This document shows positions 26,450 to 40,100 of a stretch of 64,000 nucleotides of DNA, one piece after another (positions within the stretch are counted from its first letter, which is position 1; each line of letters starts with the position of its first letter). This DNA is from Marsupella aquatica (taxonomy: Eukaryota > Plantae > Marchantiophyta). The stretch spans positions 25,939,233 to 26,003,232 of the forward strand of contig OZ316892.1 of assembly GCA_973895155.1 (NCBI GenBank), read 5' to 3'. Under the pieces are notes generated by a model. The model ran no database searches and was not told the origin of the DNA. It worked only from the letters and a program-made list of their open reading frames with translations. The position numbers and the translations under genes were made by a program.

Positions 26450-29400
26450 TGGAATTTGGTAAAGGGTTGTGTGATAGAGTAGAAAATTCTTTGCTGAGCT
26501 TGGTGCTCCTCTCAAAGGTGTGATTAGATATCTTTCCAGCCATCTTGTAACTATATTTTCCATAATGCCCATGGACGTCCACCTCGTGAACTGCCTGGGG
26601 ACCCGAAAGCCTCCTGAACTTAGTAGCACTACTATCAGTAGACAGGTTCTCTGAGATGACGTAAGAAGTCAAAGTCTTATTGTAATTGCTGTGAAGGAGT
26701 GCTTGTATAATGCATACTCAGCAACGGAAGGAGTGTTGTCTTTTTCTTCAACATTCTGATTTAAGTGGAAAAGGTTACAGTGACTTGGGTTCGAAGATGT
26801 GAGATGGACTGACTTAAAAGTAATCAACAAGACAGAACCACAGAGCATATGCAGTCGAAGGATATGGTAATTGATCATTCGTACCAGTAACTTATTAACA
26901 AACCAAAAACTGTACCACCTCTGCAAGTCACAATGAAATCAAGTTGCCAGTCGACCAAAACAAGTTAATGCAAATAATGCGTGATGAACACTGAATGAAG
27001 GTGCGTGTAACACATGAAAAGTACATCATTTAATCATGTGTACATATTTTCAACGGCATGTCAAATAAATAATAAATGCCAGTTTAACTTCAAACTTTAT
27101 TACAGTATGAGAATTGAAAGCCCAGGTTATGAATAAAAAAAGCAAACACTCATTTTTCAGTGAAACAGTTTTTTTAATCCACAAGGGATTAATTATAATG
27201 AATTTATATACACATATCCATGTATATAGGCTTATAATCACGCCCTTACTAGTCAAAGTGTGTGAGACTATTTAGGCAGGGAGAGTAAAAAAAGTTATGA
27301 TATTCATGACGGGAAACAGTGTGGGTACCTTCTTCAAACAAGTTAACAAAACTTTCTAAATCAAACATAAAAGTATTATGCTTCTGTGAAACAAATGCCT
27401 GAAGGAAAAGGATGAGTGACACTCTAAGATTAAAAAAGTTAACAAAACTTTCTAAATGAAACATAAAAGTATTATGCTTCTGTGAAACAAATGCCTGAAG
27501 GAAAAGGATGAGTGACACTCTAAGATTTTTGAGTATATAAGATGTGAGTGTTACGAGACATTTGAAAAAGTCTCAATTTTCCTGAGTATGTAGCTTGAAC
27601 TTATAGAGACGAAGCACTTCTAAAAGGTCGCCAAGAAATCATAGCCCCAACGAGTGCACGAGGACGTCTAGCGACATAGTAACAGGTAGTGCAGCTGCAG
27701 AATGCTCGAAGTCAGCTGTGTTCGACGGTGGAGTTAATAACGAGCAGATAGATATATATATTCTAGGAATCGAACCACTTATCCAGCTAAGAAGGGGAAT
27801 CAACTGGAAAAGAAGAGCACAAGGGGATCCAGGATCCGGTTAGTAGTTTAAAAATATCTCGAGTCCACTAGCTTGCCACTTGTGTTCAAGTTCATTTCAG
27901 ATTTCACATTTTACGTGTTCGTGACATAGCATGACAGCATACAGGATCCCATTCGTACTTTGAGATCTAGGAAGTACACTTTGCCACTCCTAGTACTTAG
28001 TTTGGTTTTCTATGTATACTCATCCCGATACTCATGAAACAAAAAATATAAACGGTTGAAGATCAGGAAAGAGTTTTCTTTAAAACTCATTGCTGTAGGT
28101 GGAACGCATGCAGGTGGTTGGGGCCTGGATCTGAGAACGATCAGAGATGTCGCAGGCAAACACTTGGCCGCCTTAATGAGGAAAAGATCGCCGCTGTTGA
28201 GCGCAGTAACGAGAAGCAGCGTGAACTGGAACATCTTCAGGAAGAGGTACACTCAGCATGGTTTTCATAATGCTATAGTGGCTGTAACTAGCTCCGACTG
28301 CCCGTTCTTTGAACGTCAATAGCGATGAGTACCAAAAAGTTGGGAGGTACTCAAACATTGTAAGATAATCGAAAGTATTAGGCTGGCCTAGAGTATGAGA
28401 ATACCAAGCTAGTTTCCCCGAACATCATGGAAGGGTCAATCTAAATGGTCGAACTGGATTGTAGATTCACATCGCTGTGACTTGTCTGCCCGCCTGTCTG
28501 CTGCAGCTGAGACTCACGACGGAGCTGATCAAGCACAACCAAAGTCGAATCTACCAGTCCAACCGTTTTGAAGGCAATATGTACCCTTGCACGCCTCCCC
28601 CTGAAGATCTCAGCTACTCCTACTTTAATTTTGAAGACTGCTCTTAGACATCTACAGAAACCGAACGTAGCTACGAGTCGCTTGAACTCCACAAATATTT
28701 CCCTGCTGCTCCTGCAAACGATGCGTCGTCGTCGTCGTCGTTTTGGTCGTCTACGAGCCAAGATTTCTATCCTGTGCCCAATAGGTCATCAATCGTAAGT
28801 GAGGCCGACGGATGTCACGATTTCAGCGCATCGGCAAATGAGGTCGGACTGGACATTTTAGAAGCTGCGGGGCAGTACCAGAGTAACAGCCTTCCACGAA
28901 CGATTTCGGGGACTGCACAAAGAGGCCTTCATGTCCCATTTGTCATTCTGCAAACAAAAAATACGACGTGAGTACCCTCGAAATTATCATGCAATATATT
29001 GTACTACCTTCGCCTCTAAGTAGATCATATAATGGAGATCCCCGTCAAGATCGCGAGCGCTGCTGTTCTCAGTTTCGTCAATTGCATGATCGCGATAGAT
29101 TTGGTAAGTTGCTGGAGCTGTAGCTTTGACATTGAGTTCCAAACAATTTTCATCTCAAATAAAATTCATTTCATATTATCCAATCAAATATTTTATTCAA
29201 AACAAATATTTTGTAGGTTTTGTGGTGGCCTGAGTCAAGTAGGGCCTATGCTTGTTGGATTTAACAAATATTTTGTAGGTTTTGTGGTGGCCTGAGTCAA
29301 GTAGGGCCTATGCTTGTTGGATTTCTGATGACAGACTGGCAGAAGGATCTAGTCAAATCCAGAGTCCATCTTTGGCTCAAGTCCACAAGTTGCTGGTCTT

Positions 29401-29963
29401 TGTGGTCCATTATTAAGTCCAGAAGATAGTAGAGGGGCCAGGTTAACTAGTTTCCTCTTTTAGCTGCAAGAGAAATGTAGGTACCACGTGATGGACCTGG
29501 AGTCAACAGGAATTTCGCCACCTGATTTTCTTTTTGACTTGAATAAACCAAATGAAATCCGTTCATTCGCCACCTGATTTTCGACACCCAATGTCGAGCA
29601 TTTCGAATAGAGAGAAATTTAGGCACATCAGAACTGAGGCTCGTCAAGTCTTGAGGTACGTCACAGTAAGATAGCCTATTTCTCCAGCCAGTCTCGAGAT
29701 GGAACATCTCAATTTCGCAAGCGCAGCGCGGAACGAGCCACGAAGAATTTGCTGTGTTCAAACATCGAAACTCCACCTTCCCCGTCTTTCACTACCCTGT
29801 GTCAGACTTGCTTCCAGCTGCTACAGTCCTATGCGGAAGAGCGGAATGGTACAATCCGAATTGAGCCCTCTCATCACGACGCACAACTTTGTTCCACTCC
29901 ATTTCTTCAGATTTCAGGGCAGATTCGCTAGAACACACGGGTCGTGAGGCGCTGAATGAGGAA

Positions 29964-32900
29964 ATGGACTCTGAACTCAAGGACTGGGATGGCGATTGTC
30001 TCCTTGAGATGAGGCGGAGCTTGAAAGAGGATTCGAGTCTATTGAACGACCGGCGTGCAGCTGTCCATCATCTCGATACAGATCCGGCAAAACGCACCGG
30101 TGGTAACTCGCTGAAGGACGAACTTGACGCGGAACTCAAGGACTTGGCTGGCGATTGTATTCAGGTCATGCGGCTCTTGAAAGACGATCCGAGCCTCTTG
30201 AAAGAGCGGGCGTTAGCTGTGCTTCATCTGGGTGTAAGCAGAGGCTGCGTCGAAATTGTGGAGCAAGTTCTCAAGTTCTACACAGAGGAAGACATCCTCG
30301 GTGATAAGTCGGAAATGGATAAGCAAGGAGTCAAGTCTTCAACAGACGAGGGAATCAATGGTTCGAGTGGCAACGAAGACGCACCCACAGTGGCCCCAGA
30401 CGAGGATCGGACTGATAAGGCAGATGATAAGACCAAAAACAGCGGTGGAGATCCGTCTCATTCTCAAGATGATGCTATTCGCGTGGCACCGGACAAAGGG
30501 ACTGGTAGTCATTTTCTCGAATTCAAGACTGATCTTGCTGAGCTGAACGAAATACACGAACTCCCAGTCCTCGATATTGATGAGTTGATACGTGCAAAGT
30601 ATAGGTACTCTGGACCCGCTCGCGAGTTCGACGCACTAGGAGTGGCAGTAGTAAACGGAAACATCGATGTCCTTGCTTTGCTCTTAACCAAGACACCGAG
30701 CGCTTCGTCGATTGAGGTCCACAGGGAGCAACTAAGAAAAATCACGGAAGGAGTTGTAGAGAGGATCAAAGGAGACCCTCCTTCTCTCAGACTCTGCCAA
30801 CGTATTTTCGATGGCTGGACCGACGACCGAGAATTCAATTTTCTCTTCTGGGATTTTGATCTCTGGAAAGAGCGAGTGTCAGAGTACCTGTTTCACTTTC
30901 TATTCACCAACCGATGTCAGGAGAGCTCTTCGAGAAAAGCACAGCTCCTTATAAAGTACTTGTGGCGGGAGGTTTGGCAGTACCCGGCTCAACCAGGGGA
31001 AGAACCTCTTTGGCAGTCGCTCTTGAAGCTCCATGATGCGCAGGGGAGAACCCCGTTGCATGTTGCGGTGGATGAGGGATCCATATTAGCTTTCGACGAG
31101 CTATCGCGCAGTATGGGACTTCAAGCTGCAGTGGGAGTCTTTGAACTTGCAATGAAGGCACCTGATGGTTTAGGAAGAACGGCTTGGCACCGAGCTGTCG
31201 TAGTAGGCAACGAGAGTGGGGCGCTCTCAGGCCTCATACGATACCACCAGTGGTTGGGCGAGGAGTGCGATATCCACAGAATAGATAGAACTCCTGGAAT
31301 TTTCAACCTCAAACAACATATCACTGCGTACGGAGGGCTTTGGCAACAGCCCATGGATCCCTTCCTCGGGTGGAAACGGCGAGGGATAGATCTGGCTGAT
31401 GAAGAATTGAATTCTCTCTCTGTCGAGAATGGCTTTACAGGGCATAGAGAAATCGAAAAGGGTATAACCCCTCTGCACAGCGCAATCATGCACGGAAGCC
31501 CAGCACTCTGGTACAGAAGCGAAACATTCTCCGCACAGGATAAGCCATTCTTGTGTTGTCTAGATTGGTTTGGGGTCGTGGCGTTAGATGCGTTAGAGCT
31601 TGCCACTCTGACAGGCGAGGTGGCCATGGTGAAACGACTACTTGATGTGAGTACCAATTGAAACCTTTATCCACTCTGGCTTGTTGCAATTGTGAGCGAC
31701 TTTGATAGCTCTTTTAAGTTATTATCGCTGGGCTGTGTGATCGGTGGCTTGTTGCAATTGTGAGGGACTTTGATAGCTCTTTGCAGCTATTATCGTTGGG
31801 CTGTGTGATCGGTGGCTTGTTGCAATTGTGAGGGACTTTGATAGCTCTTTTAAGTTATTATCGTTGGGCTGTGTGATCGGTTGCAAATTGAACAGTCAAC
31901 TAAAACTATAAGATAAGGGTCTAAAGTTTAGTGCATGGTTTCCCACGATTTGTATCCATGCTGGATGTAATAATGAACTTGTAGAATCTTGTTTGTGTTC
32001 TAGTTTTCTGAACAGGCCCGACCAAAAATTGTCCATACAAGAGGGCGAAGGTTAGGATATGGATGGCTAGGTGGAGAACTAGCCAGCGGCACGGATCTTG
32101 AATGGCCAACCATGCATGTTGCTGCAAGATTTGGTAACTATGAGCTCCTGAGAGCTTTCCTCGAGAGCAAAATATGTGATCCTTACATTGAAGACACCTG
32201 CAAACGCACTGTTCTTCATGCTGTCCTGAACCCCAAAAGTCTCAGAATCCATGGTCATTTGCTTGACTTTGTGAATGTGAAGTACATTGCCTCTAATTAT
32301 TTGCCTCCAACACATGAGAGTACCATTGTTGAGAGACAAGGATGCATCAACCTCTTGTTGCAGTGTGGATGTGATATCTTCAAAGTTGACCTCCTTGGGC
32401 AAGCTCCATATCCAAAAGGTAGCTTGAGCACCGACGAGAAGTTCCTTTCATGGTGGTACGACAGGCAATTGAAGGAGTTTAGTGCTAGTCAAAATGGCAT
32501 GAGTTTTGCTACAAATGCAATCTCAGTCATGGCAACATTGGTTGCAACAGCATCATATGTGGGACCATTGCAACCCCCACTTGGCTATAGTAGTGGCGAT
32601 GGGCCTAATCAAATACAAGCCAGGTACATATGGGTGAGAATTTTTATTGTTTGTGATACTCTGTCCTTCTATCTAGCAATTGCCGCCATTACTTTTTCTC
32701 TGATTCCGGCCCTCCCAATGCCACAACAGCCAATGGCAGCCGAATTAGAAAAAACTCGGGGGATGATCATCTTGGCAGTTGCAACCCTTTTCCCATCCAT
32801 TGTATGTATACTTTTGGCTTTTGCTGCAGGTTCTATAGTTGTGATAAGTGCTAATGGTATATCATCACTGGGAGGAAATTTGACAATTATCACAGCTTCC

Positions 32901-33107
32901 ATAGGTGGAGCAATTTGTCTGATAGGGTTTCAGCTGCTGTTTATTCGATTGCTTGGTATTATTTTTCCTAGAACTAGGTGGGTCAGGAAAATCTATGATG
33001 TAACATCTGTTCTTCTCCAAAGGGGAATTAGTGCATGGGTGAGGAGCTACGTTTCTGCATTTGGTGAATTGATAGAGGAGACCTGGGATTGGGTAAGGGG
33101 AAAATGA
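29964..33107 (+). CDS. Ankyrin-repeat + PGG transmembrane protein (ACD6/ITN1-like); intron 31647-32015; start uncertain
   Basis: GRTPLHVAV, GRTAWHRAV, GITPLHSAI and RTVLHAV ankyrin motifs; ATLVATASYVGPLQPPLG PGG-type motif followed by several TM helices; phase-0 GT-AG intron joins the two ORFs in frame. Confidence 0.85.
31676..31886. repeat. Intronic tandem repeat, ~69 bp x3
   Basis: GGCTTGTTGCAATTGTGAG...TGGGCTGTGTGATCGGT occurs three times. Confidence 0.85.
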
Positions 33108-34444
33108 AAAGAGTCAGGAGGAGATTCAACAATTGAAAAACTGCATTTGGCAAATAAACAGAGACTTGGGACAGATACAGTCCTTATATAGAAACACACC
33201 AATGAGAGTGAAATATGAGACTGGCCCCTTTTGTAGTGTCTTTGAGGCACAGTTCTCACCTCCAATAAAGTTGAGTGCTTAGCTCAGACTTCACAAAGAA
33301 TTTTGCTCTAGTCTTGGAGAATGATGTAGAGATTGCATGAAGGCTTGATATTTTCTCTCTCAGTCTCTACTTTTGTGGTGATGTGCATTCCTCAATGGAG
33401 CTGATGCCATTGAATCCTTGATGAAGTAGGTTGCTATCTGGCGCTCAAATTTTAATCTCATGTCAATCTATTAATAGTACGACGATGATCAACTGAATTT
33501 TACTGGTACTCCGATGAACGAGTAAATTGAAATCCATTAAATAAGCAGGAGGGACATCAGGTACCGGCATTAGTAGGAGTGATGAATTTCTCTGGAGCAT
33601 AATTGGGATCTGTACTTCCAATCGAATCCGGTTATGTGGAATGGCTTGATTTAAAATCTGTCGACAATCTTCTTGTGAGGGCTCCAGGAAGAACGAGGTG
33701 GGAAAGATAGCTTTTGCATTGAACTTACTTCACCACTCCAGGGTGACGCTTTTGAAAGAGCCTCTGCAGTGGAGAAAGATCTAGAGCTAGCTAGGTTTCA
33801 TTACATTGAAAGTTCTGAAAAAGGGCTCCAATCTAAACAAGTGTCATAACGCTCTTAGGAAAACATCTAATCTTTCTCTTTTGGTGTCTACCAATAGGAT
33901 CAGCATGGGCTTGTTTGCTTAGAGGAAATCCATGTCCCACTTGCTAACTTAGTTACCCTCTTTGGAATACATATAATAGTCTACTCACTTATTTACACTG
34001 AAAGTAAGGATGAGGAACAAGGATGAAGAACATGAATATTGATCCAAAAATTGTGCCCCTCTCAGTATGTTTCAATCAATTCCTTCAATTCCATGGGTCC
34101 ATTTCTTTGATATGAATCAACTAGTTTCAATCGGCAAACTTCCAAATCACTTTTATCAAATACCTCGTCTGCTTGTAGCTTGTAAAGGTTGATTGCTCTG
34201 TTTGGATTCTTTGATGACACGAAAAACAGGAACAAGACTAGGTTTGTGAAATGCTTTTAATTTCCATTAGCTCTCATTTAGGTGAGTAACTGTGCTGCTA
34301 TAGGCCACAGATTGCTGGAGATTGTGACTAGTGCGGCTGATATATATGCTCCCAACCTTGATAGGCCCTAAGTGGGACACAGTTTTAAGTTTTGAAGTTC
34401 TGACCAAATGAAATGCGTAAGTTTGTAATTACCGTACTTGAACT

Positions 34445-34919
34445 TGTTGGGTATTTACTCTTACGTCTAGGTTAGGTATGACGTGGTTGGTACAACAACG
34501 TGGGTTGGTACAACTACGTGGTTAGGTACAACTACGTGATTAGGTACAACTATGTGGTTAGGTACAACTACGTGATTAGGTACAACTATGTGGTTAGGTA
34601 CAACTACGTGATTAGGTACAACTATGTGGTTAGGTACAACTATGTGGTTAGGTACAACTAAGTTGCACACTATATCATAAGAGGCATGTGTGCTTGGAGA
34701 GGTAGAACCAAGGCTCATTGTTATGGAGCCACTTGAGAGATAGGGAGAGCTTACACTGTGGAGACTCGGTATAGCCGACGGGCTTAGAGTTCAGTAAAGC
34801 TCTCTTGTGTGTTCCCGTGGACGTAGCCTCAAGGAGGTGAACCACGTATCTCTTGTGTCGACTATTGTGCGTTGGATGGTTCATGGGCTTGCCGTTGCGA
34901 TCGTCGTCTATGCTCAACA
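34445..34919 (+). repeat. 5' LTR of copia element
   Basis: TGTTGGGTATT...GCTCAACA, matching 40574-41048. Confidence 0.97.
34470..34660. promoter_or_regulatory. 18-bp tandem array in the LTR U3 carrying MYB AC-element-like and ACGT-core motifs (also at 40599-40789)
   Basis: About 10 copies of G(G/A)TTAGGTACAACTA(C/T)GT. The regulatory role is inferred. Confidence 0.55.
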
Positions 34920-34921
34920 AT

Positions 34922-34933
34922 TGGTATCAGAGC
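34922..34933 (+). other. Primer-binding site, initiator tRNA-Met
   Basis: TGGTATCAGAGC 2 nt downstream of the 5' LTR. Confidence 0.95.
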
Positions 34934-36073
34934 ATGCTTGGGAGGTGACGTGTGTTCGTGACGGGATTTCATGACGGTTTTTCCAGCGTTGAGTGTTGGT
35001 GGATTTTCCAGAGTTCCATCGCATGGAACTTGGAGTTTATGGGCTCAACGGATAGATCAGGGCAAGAGCTTTCTAACGGTGTGAAGAAATCGTTGAACGG
35101 AGCTCGTGGTGCAGAGAGATCTAAGTTTTCGTCGTTCTGGATTTTGTGAAGAAAGTTGGCAATCGACTCGGAGGGAGAAGCGTCAAGTGTTTTGACTCAA
35201 CGGAGAGATTGAGGCAAGACGATTGTTTTTGAGTCCGGGATTGGCTCTTTGATGCAAAGAGGAAGGCTAAGCAAAATCAATTACCTTGTTGGACTTGGTG
35301 ACGGCACCAAGTGCAATTGATCAACATTCGTTGTTGACAAGGTACCATTTTTTTCTCTTTGAAAAACTGATTCGAAATTGGCTATGGCAATTGAGAGAAA
35401 TCTGTCATCTTTACCAATTTTTTTCTCCCTCGTTCTTTCCTTGTTTTGGGTGCTTCTTATATCGATCTTCATCGCCTCGGAGTCTAGTTTCCAAATCTGA
35501 AATCGGATCTTGATTTAGTCAAAACCCGAGTGAGATATCTTGCGTTTGGTGTCGAGGGGTACATTCTGCCGTGTGTATTTTCTGCGCGCGCGACCAGATT
35601 TCGACGACGAAGGGTGGTAGGGGGTTTTGGGGGTTCGAGGACACATGTCAGCCCCTCGATTGTTCTTCCAAAATTCCCACAGGGCCTGTACAAGGGTCAT
35701 AGAATATTCCAAAAAACCAGAGAGCTATTTTTTGACCGTCCGACAAAGATTTCATCCACCGAACGGTAACTTTTTTGGTTATTTTTCGGCGAGGTCGTAG
35801 CCATTGAAGTTGGCAATGCAGCGCACCAATCACATCGCAATTCCGACAACGGGTTGTACTTGGTATTTCGGTTATTCCCTGAGGTGGTCAAAACGGGGGA
35901 GTTTCCCAAGGTTTTACCCACCTCGACCGAAATTTGAATAACTTTTCCGTCAAATTTCGATTTTGATTTCGGTTTTCAGTATTGGACTCCTAGCTTTGTG
36001 GGCTACGCGGCGGTGTTGAGTTTCGAGTTTTTTGAGAAGTTGTGAAAAACAACATTTTTTGTGACTTTCTCAT

Positions 36074-37108
36074 ATGAGTGATTCGGAGGAGTTTTTCGAA
36101 GACGTGGAACTTGAAGCACGAGGGTCACCGCGGAGGTTTCAGGGGCAGAGAGAGGAGCAGGAGGAAGAGCACGTGACACCAATACCATCACCGGTGCGGC
36201 GTGTGGTGGAGGAAGCAGTACTACTACCGGAGCTCACGGTAAAGAAGAAGATGGGGACTTTCAAGCTTGGGGGACCCAAGTATGAAGTGACAAAGTATGA
36301 TGGGCGCTCTGACTACTTGCTATGGGAGAAGCAGGTGAAGGGAGTGCTTTATGCGTCAGGGATGGGCCAACTGCTGAGCCCTCGTGAAGACGATGTTGAT
36401 GAGAAACAATGGGACCGCATGCAGGAGCAGGGAGTGTGGTGTGTTACACTCTATCTCATGCCTCCCATCATCAAGCAGTTGGGTGCACATAAGGATTGCA
36501 TGTCCTTATTTGCGGAATTGCAGAGCAAGTATCACCGCAAGGAGTTGTCGAACCGGCTCTACACTTCCTACAAACTGATGAGTTTCAGGATGAAGGAATC
36601 TGGTACGAAGTTGCAAGACCATGTGGATGCTTTCAACGACATGGTCGTTGACTTGGAAAACCTTGGGGAGACTTTGAATGATGAGACGAAGGCTCTGCAG
36701 CTTCTTAGTTCATTGCCTCCATCTTACCAGTCCCTATCACGAGTGTTGTTGCATCGTGATAGGGATACCATTTCATACAATGACGTGGTAAGTTCTCTGC
36801 TTAGTGATGATCTTCAGCAGAAGATGCACATCACGTCACAGCCTTCATCATCTGGTGCTGCCCTCAATGTTAACCGTGGGAGGAGTATGCAGCGACCAAC
36901 TGGGGACCGTAGAACCCAGTTTAGATCTAAATCCAGATCTAAGTCCAAGGGTAAATCCCCTCAGAGGAGGCAGGTGACATGTTGGAAGTGCAACCAAGTT
37001 GGACACTTCAAGCGAGACTGTAAGGGAAAGGCAGCGGAAACTTCATCGGCAAATGTGGCTAGGGCTGATGGAGAAGCTGATTTACTCAATGATGAGTATG
37101 TTTTATGA
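36074..37108 (+). CDS. gag: Copia Gag with CCHC zinc knuckle
   Basis: KYDGRSDYLLW, LLSSLPPSY, CWKCNQVGHFKRDC; ends at TGA 37106-37108. Confidence 0.92.
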   Translation: MSDSEEFFEDVELEARGSPRRFQGQREEQEEEHVTPIPSPVRRVVEEAVLLPELTVKKKMGTFKLGGPKYEVTKYDGRSDYLLWEKQVKGVLYASGMGQLLSPREDDVDEKQWDRMQEQGVWCVTLYLMPPIIKQLGAHKDCMSLFAELQSKYHRKELSNRLYTSYKLMSFRMKESGTKLQDHVDAFNDMVVDLENLGETLNDETKALQLLSSLPPSYQSLSRVLLHRDRDTISYNDVVSSLLSDDLQQKMHITSQPSSSGAALNVNRGRSMQRPTGDRRTQFRSKSRSKSKGKSPQRRQVTCWKCNQVGHFKRDCKGKAAETSSANVARADGEADLLNDEYVL

Positions 37109-40100
37109 AGCCGGGGGTATGCCCTGTGCACGTCATCTAGGAGAGCAGATGATGTGTGGATTCTTGATTGTGCTTGCTCTTTTCATATTTGTTACATTCG
37201 TGAGTTTTTTCAGTTCTTACTCTGTTTCAAACGGTTCAGTTCTGATGGGAAATGATCACTCCTGTCAAATTGAGGGAATTGGGTCTGTGAAGATTGAAAT
37301 GTTTGATGGCGCTGTGCGCACAGTGTCCGGAGTCAGGTATGTACCTGGCATGCGTAAGAATCTGATTTCACTCGGTGTGTTGGATTCAAATGGTCATCAA
37401 TGGAGCGTTATTGATGGTGAACTTCAAGTCAGGTCGGGAGAGACAGTGATTTTGAAGGGGAGTAGACAAAAGAATTTGTATGTGTTACAGGGCAATACTG
37501 TATGTGGAGAGGCCAATGTAACCAAGTCTCACGAGGAGATGACTCAACTGTGGCATTCACGGCTAGGCCACATGAGTGAGAAGGGTTTGGCTATCTTACG
37601 GAAGAATGGACTCATTTCTGATTTGCAATCTTGTAAATTAGAGTTTTGTGAGCATTGCATTCTTGGAAAGCAGCATCGTCGTGCTTTTGGTGTTGGAACT
37701 CATCGTTCCAAAGCGGTTCTTGAGTACATACATAGTGACGTGTGGGGTCCATCCCCGACTCCCTCACACTTTGGAAAGTTGTACTATGTATCATTTATTG
37801 ATGATTACTCAAGATTTGTGTGGATTTATTTCATGACGCATAAGTCTGATGTCTTGTCCATTTTTAAGAAGTGGAAGGCCCAGGTGGAGAATCAGACTGG
37901 AAACACGATCAAGTGTTTGGATACAAGGGTGAAGAGTCTGAGGTCAGACAACGGCGGGGAGTACACTTCAATGGAATTTGAAGAGTACTGTTCAGAACAG
38001 GGGATAACTCGCCATCTCACCACAGTTTATACTCCGCAGCAGAATGGTGTCGCTGAGAGGCTCAATCGGACACTGTTGGAGCGGTCACGGAGTATGTTGA
38101 GCCAATCAGGTTTACCACAAGAATTTTGGGCAGAAGCTGTCAATACCGCAGCTTATTTGGTAAATCTTTCTCCTTCTAGTGCTATCAATTTCAAAACGCC
38201 GTTTGAGATGCGCTATAAGCGGCAAGCAGACTATCATGGCTTGGTAATTTTTGGAAGTGATGCATATGCTCTCACACCAAAGCAAAATAGGACCAAGTTG
38301 GATCCTACCTCCAGGAAATGTGTTTTTCTTGGGTACCAGAGTGGTGTGAAAGCCTATAGGCTATGGGATCCTATTGCCTGTAAGCTCGTTGTCAGTAGGG
38401 ATGTTTCCTTCAATGAATCCAGATTATTGAAGGAGGGGGAGAATACTCAGGTCTCCCGTACTGACAAAGGAAAATCTCCTATCCCGGATCTCGTTGAGGG
38501 GGAGATTGGTTATGAGGTGCATGACCGGAGAGAAGGAGTTGCTCCAATTATGGAGCTGGTTCCTGTGCCAGAGGAACCAGAGGAGTTTGTTGATGCTGGT
38601 GAGCAGCAAGTGGATGCTGTTGAGCTTCAAATTGTACCAGCACACGCAGATCAACCGGAGTCATCGGCTAGAAGAACATCTGGTCGCACTGTACGCGCTC
38701 CATCAAGGTATGGACAGTGGGTTGATTCATCTCAACTGCAAGAGGATGATTTTACAGCTGATGATGAGGGTGATGCGTTAATTTTGGAAGAAGGAGAACC
38801 TTCTTCATTTCATGAGGCAAGTGCTTCAAAGGAGAAGCAGAAGTGGACTGCAGCAATGCAAACGGAGATGCAGTCACTAAAGGACAACAAAACTTGGGAG
38901 CTTGTTAAGCTGCCTAAGGGTCAGCAAGTGGTGGACAACAAGTGGATTTACAAGCTGAAGGATAATTCCATAGGAGGTGGATCGAAGGTCTACAAGGCTA
39001 GATTGGTAGCAAAGGGATTCACACAAGAGAAAGGTGTGGATTATAATGAGGTCTTCTCACCAGTTGCTAAGTACTCTACAATACGACTATTGTGTGTACT
39101 TGTTGTAATGTTTGGTCTGCTCCTAGATCAGATGGATGTTGTCACAGCTTTCCTCTATGGCACATTGGAAGAGGTGATCTTCATGAGACAACCGCTAGAT
39201 TTTGTGAAGAGAGGACAGGAGGAATTGGTTTGCAGATTGCTGAAATCCTTGTATGGGTTGAAGCAGTCACCAAGACAGTGGAACAAGCGGTTTGACGATT
39301 GGATTCGGTCACAAGTTTTTCACAGAAGTGTATTTGACCCTTGTGTGTATTTGAAACCGGTGAAGAATGTTATCTTTGGGTTCATTGTTTTAGTACTTTA
39401 TGTGGATGACATGCTAATTGCAGCCAAGGATAGGTCTGAGATTGTTAAGCTCAAGGCACTGCTTAGTGCAGAGTTTAAGATGAAGGACTTAGGGCCAGCT
39501 AAGAGGATTTTGGGTATGGAGATCACTAGGGACTTGGAGGCTGGCAAGCTATGGTTGACGCAGAGCAGTTATGCGAGGAAGGTAATTGCAAGGTTCAACA
39601 TGGAGAATAGCAAGCCAGTAAGTACCCCGTTGGCTCCACACTTCAAGTTATCATCAGCGTTCTGTCCTACGGATGACACAGAGAAGGGGTTGATGTCAAA
39701 GGTTCCATATGACAAGGCAGTGGGGAGTCTCATGTATTTGATGACTTGCACTAGACCTGATCTTGCCATGGCTATGGGCAAGGTGAGCAGGTACATGTCG
39801 AATCCAGGGAAGGTACACTGGGAAGCAGTGAAGTGGATTATCAGGTACTTGAAGGGTACCGTGGATCATGGTCTTTTATTTGATGCGAATGCAAAGAATG
39901 CTAGATCATTGATTGGCTATGTAGATTCTGACTATGGACAAGATTTGGACCGAAGGAGATCAACAACAGGATACGTGTTCACACTTGGCGGTGGATGCAT
40001 AAGTTGGAGGTCTACTTTGCAGAAGTGTATTGCTCAGTCTACTACAGAAGCGGAGTATGTTGCAGCTGCGGAAGCAGCAAAGGAAGCGATTTGGTTGGAT

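Noticed and set aside
27300-27530. Short local tandem duplications (also 10065-10155, 29200-29325, 50995-51200, 53243-53310)
   Set aside because: Ordinary local duplications with no further structure.
34467-34718. VVPNHI-repeat ORF (also 40596-40847) and CRISPR-like appearance
   Set aside because: 18-bp tandem repeat within the LTRs with no unique spacers; eukaryotic context.
36999-37204. N-terminus of the 1127-aa ORF as the real Pol start
   Set aside because: The protease motif is in the gag frame; this stretch is off-frame until the T6 run.
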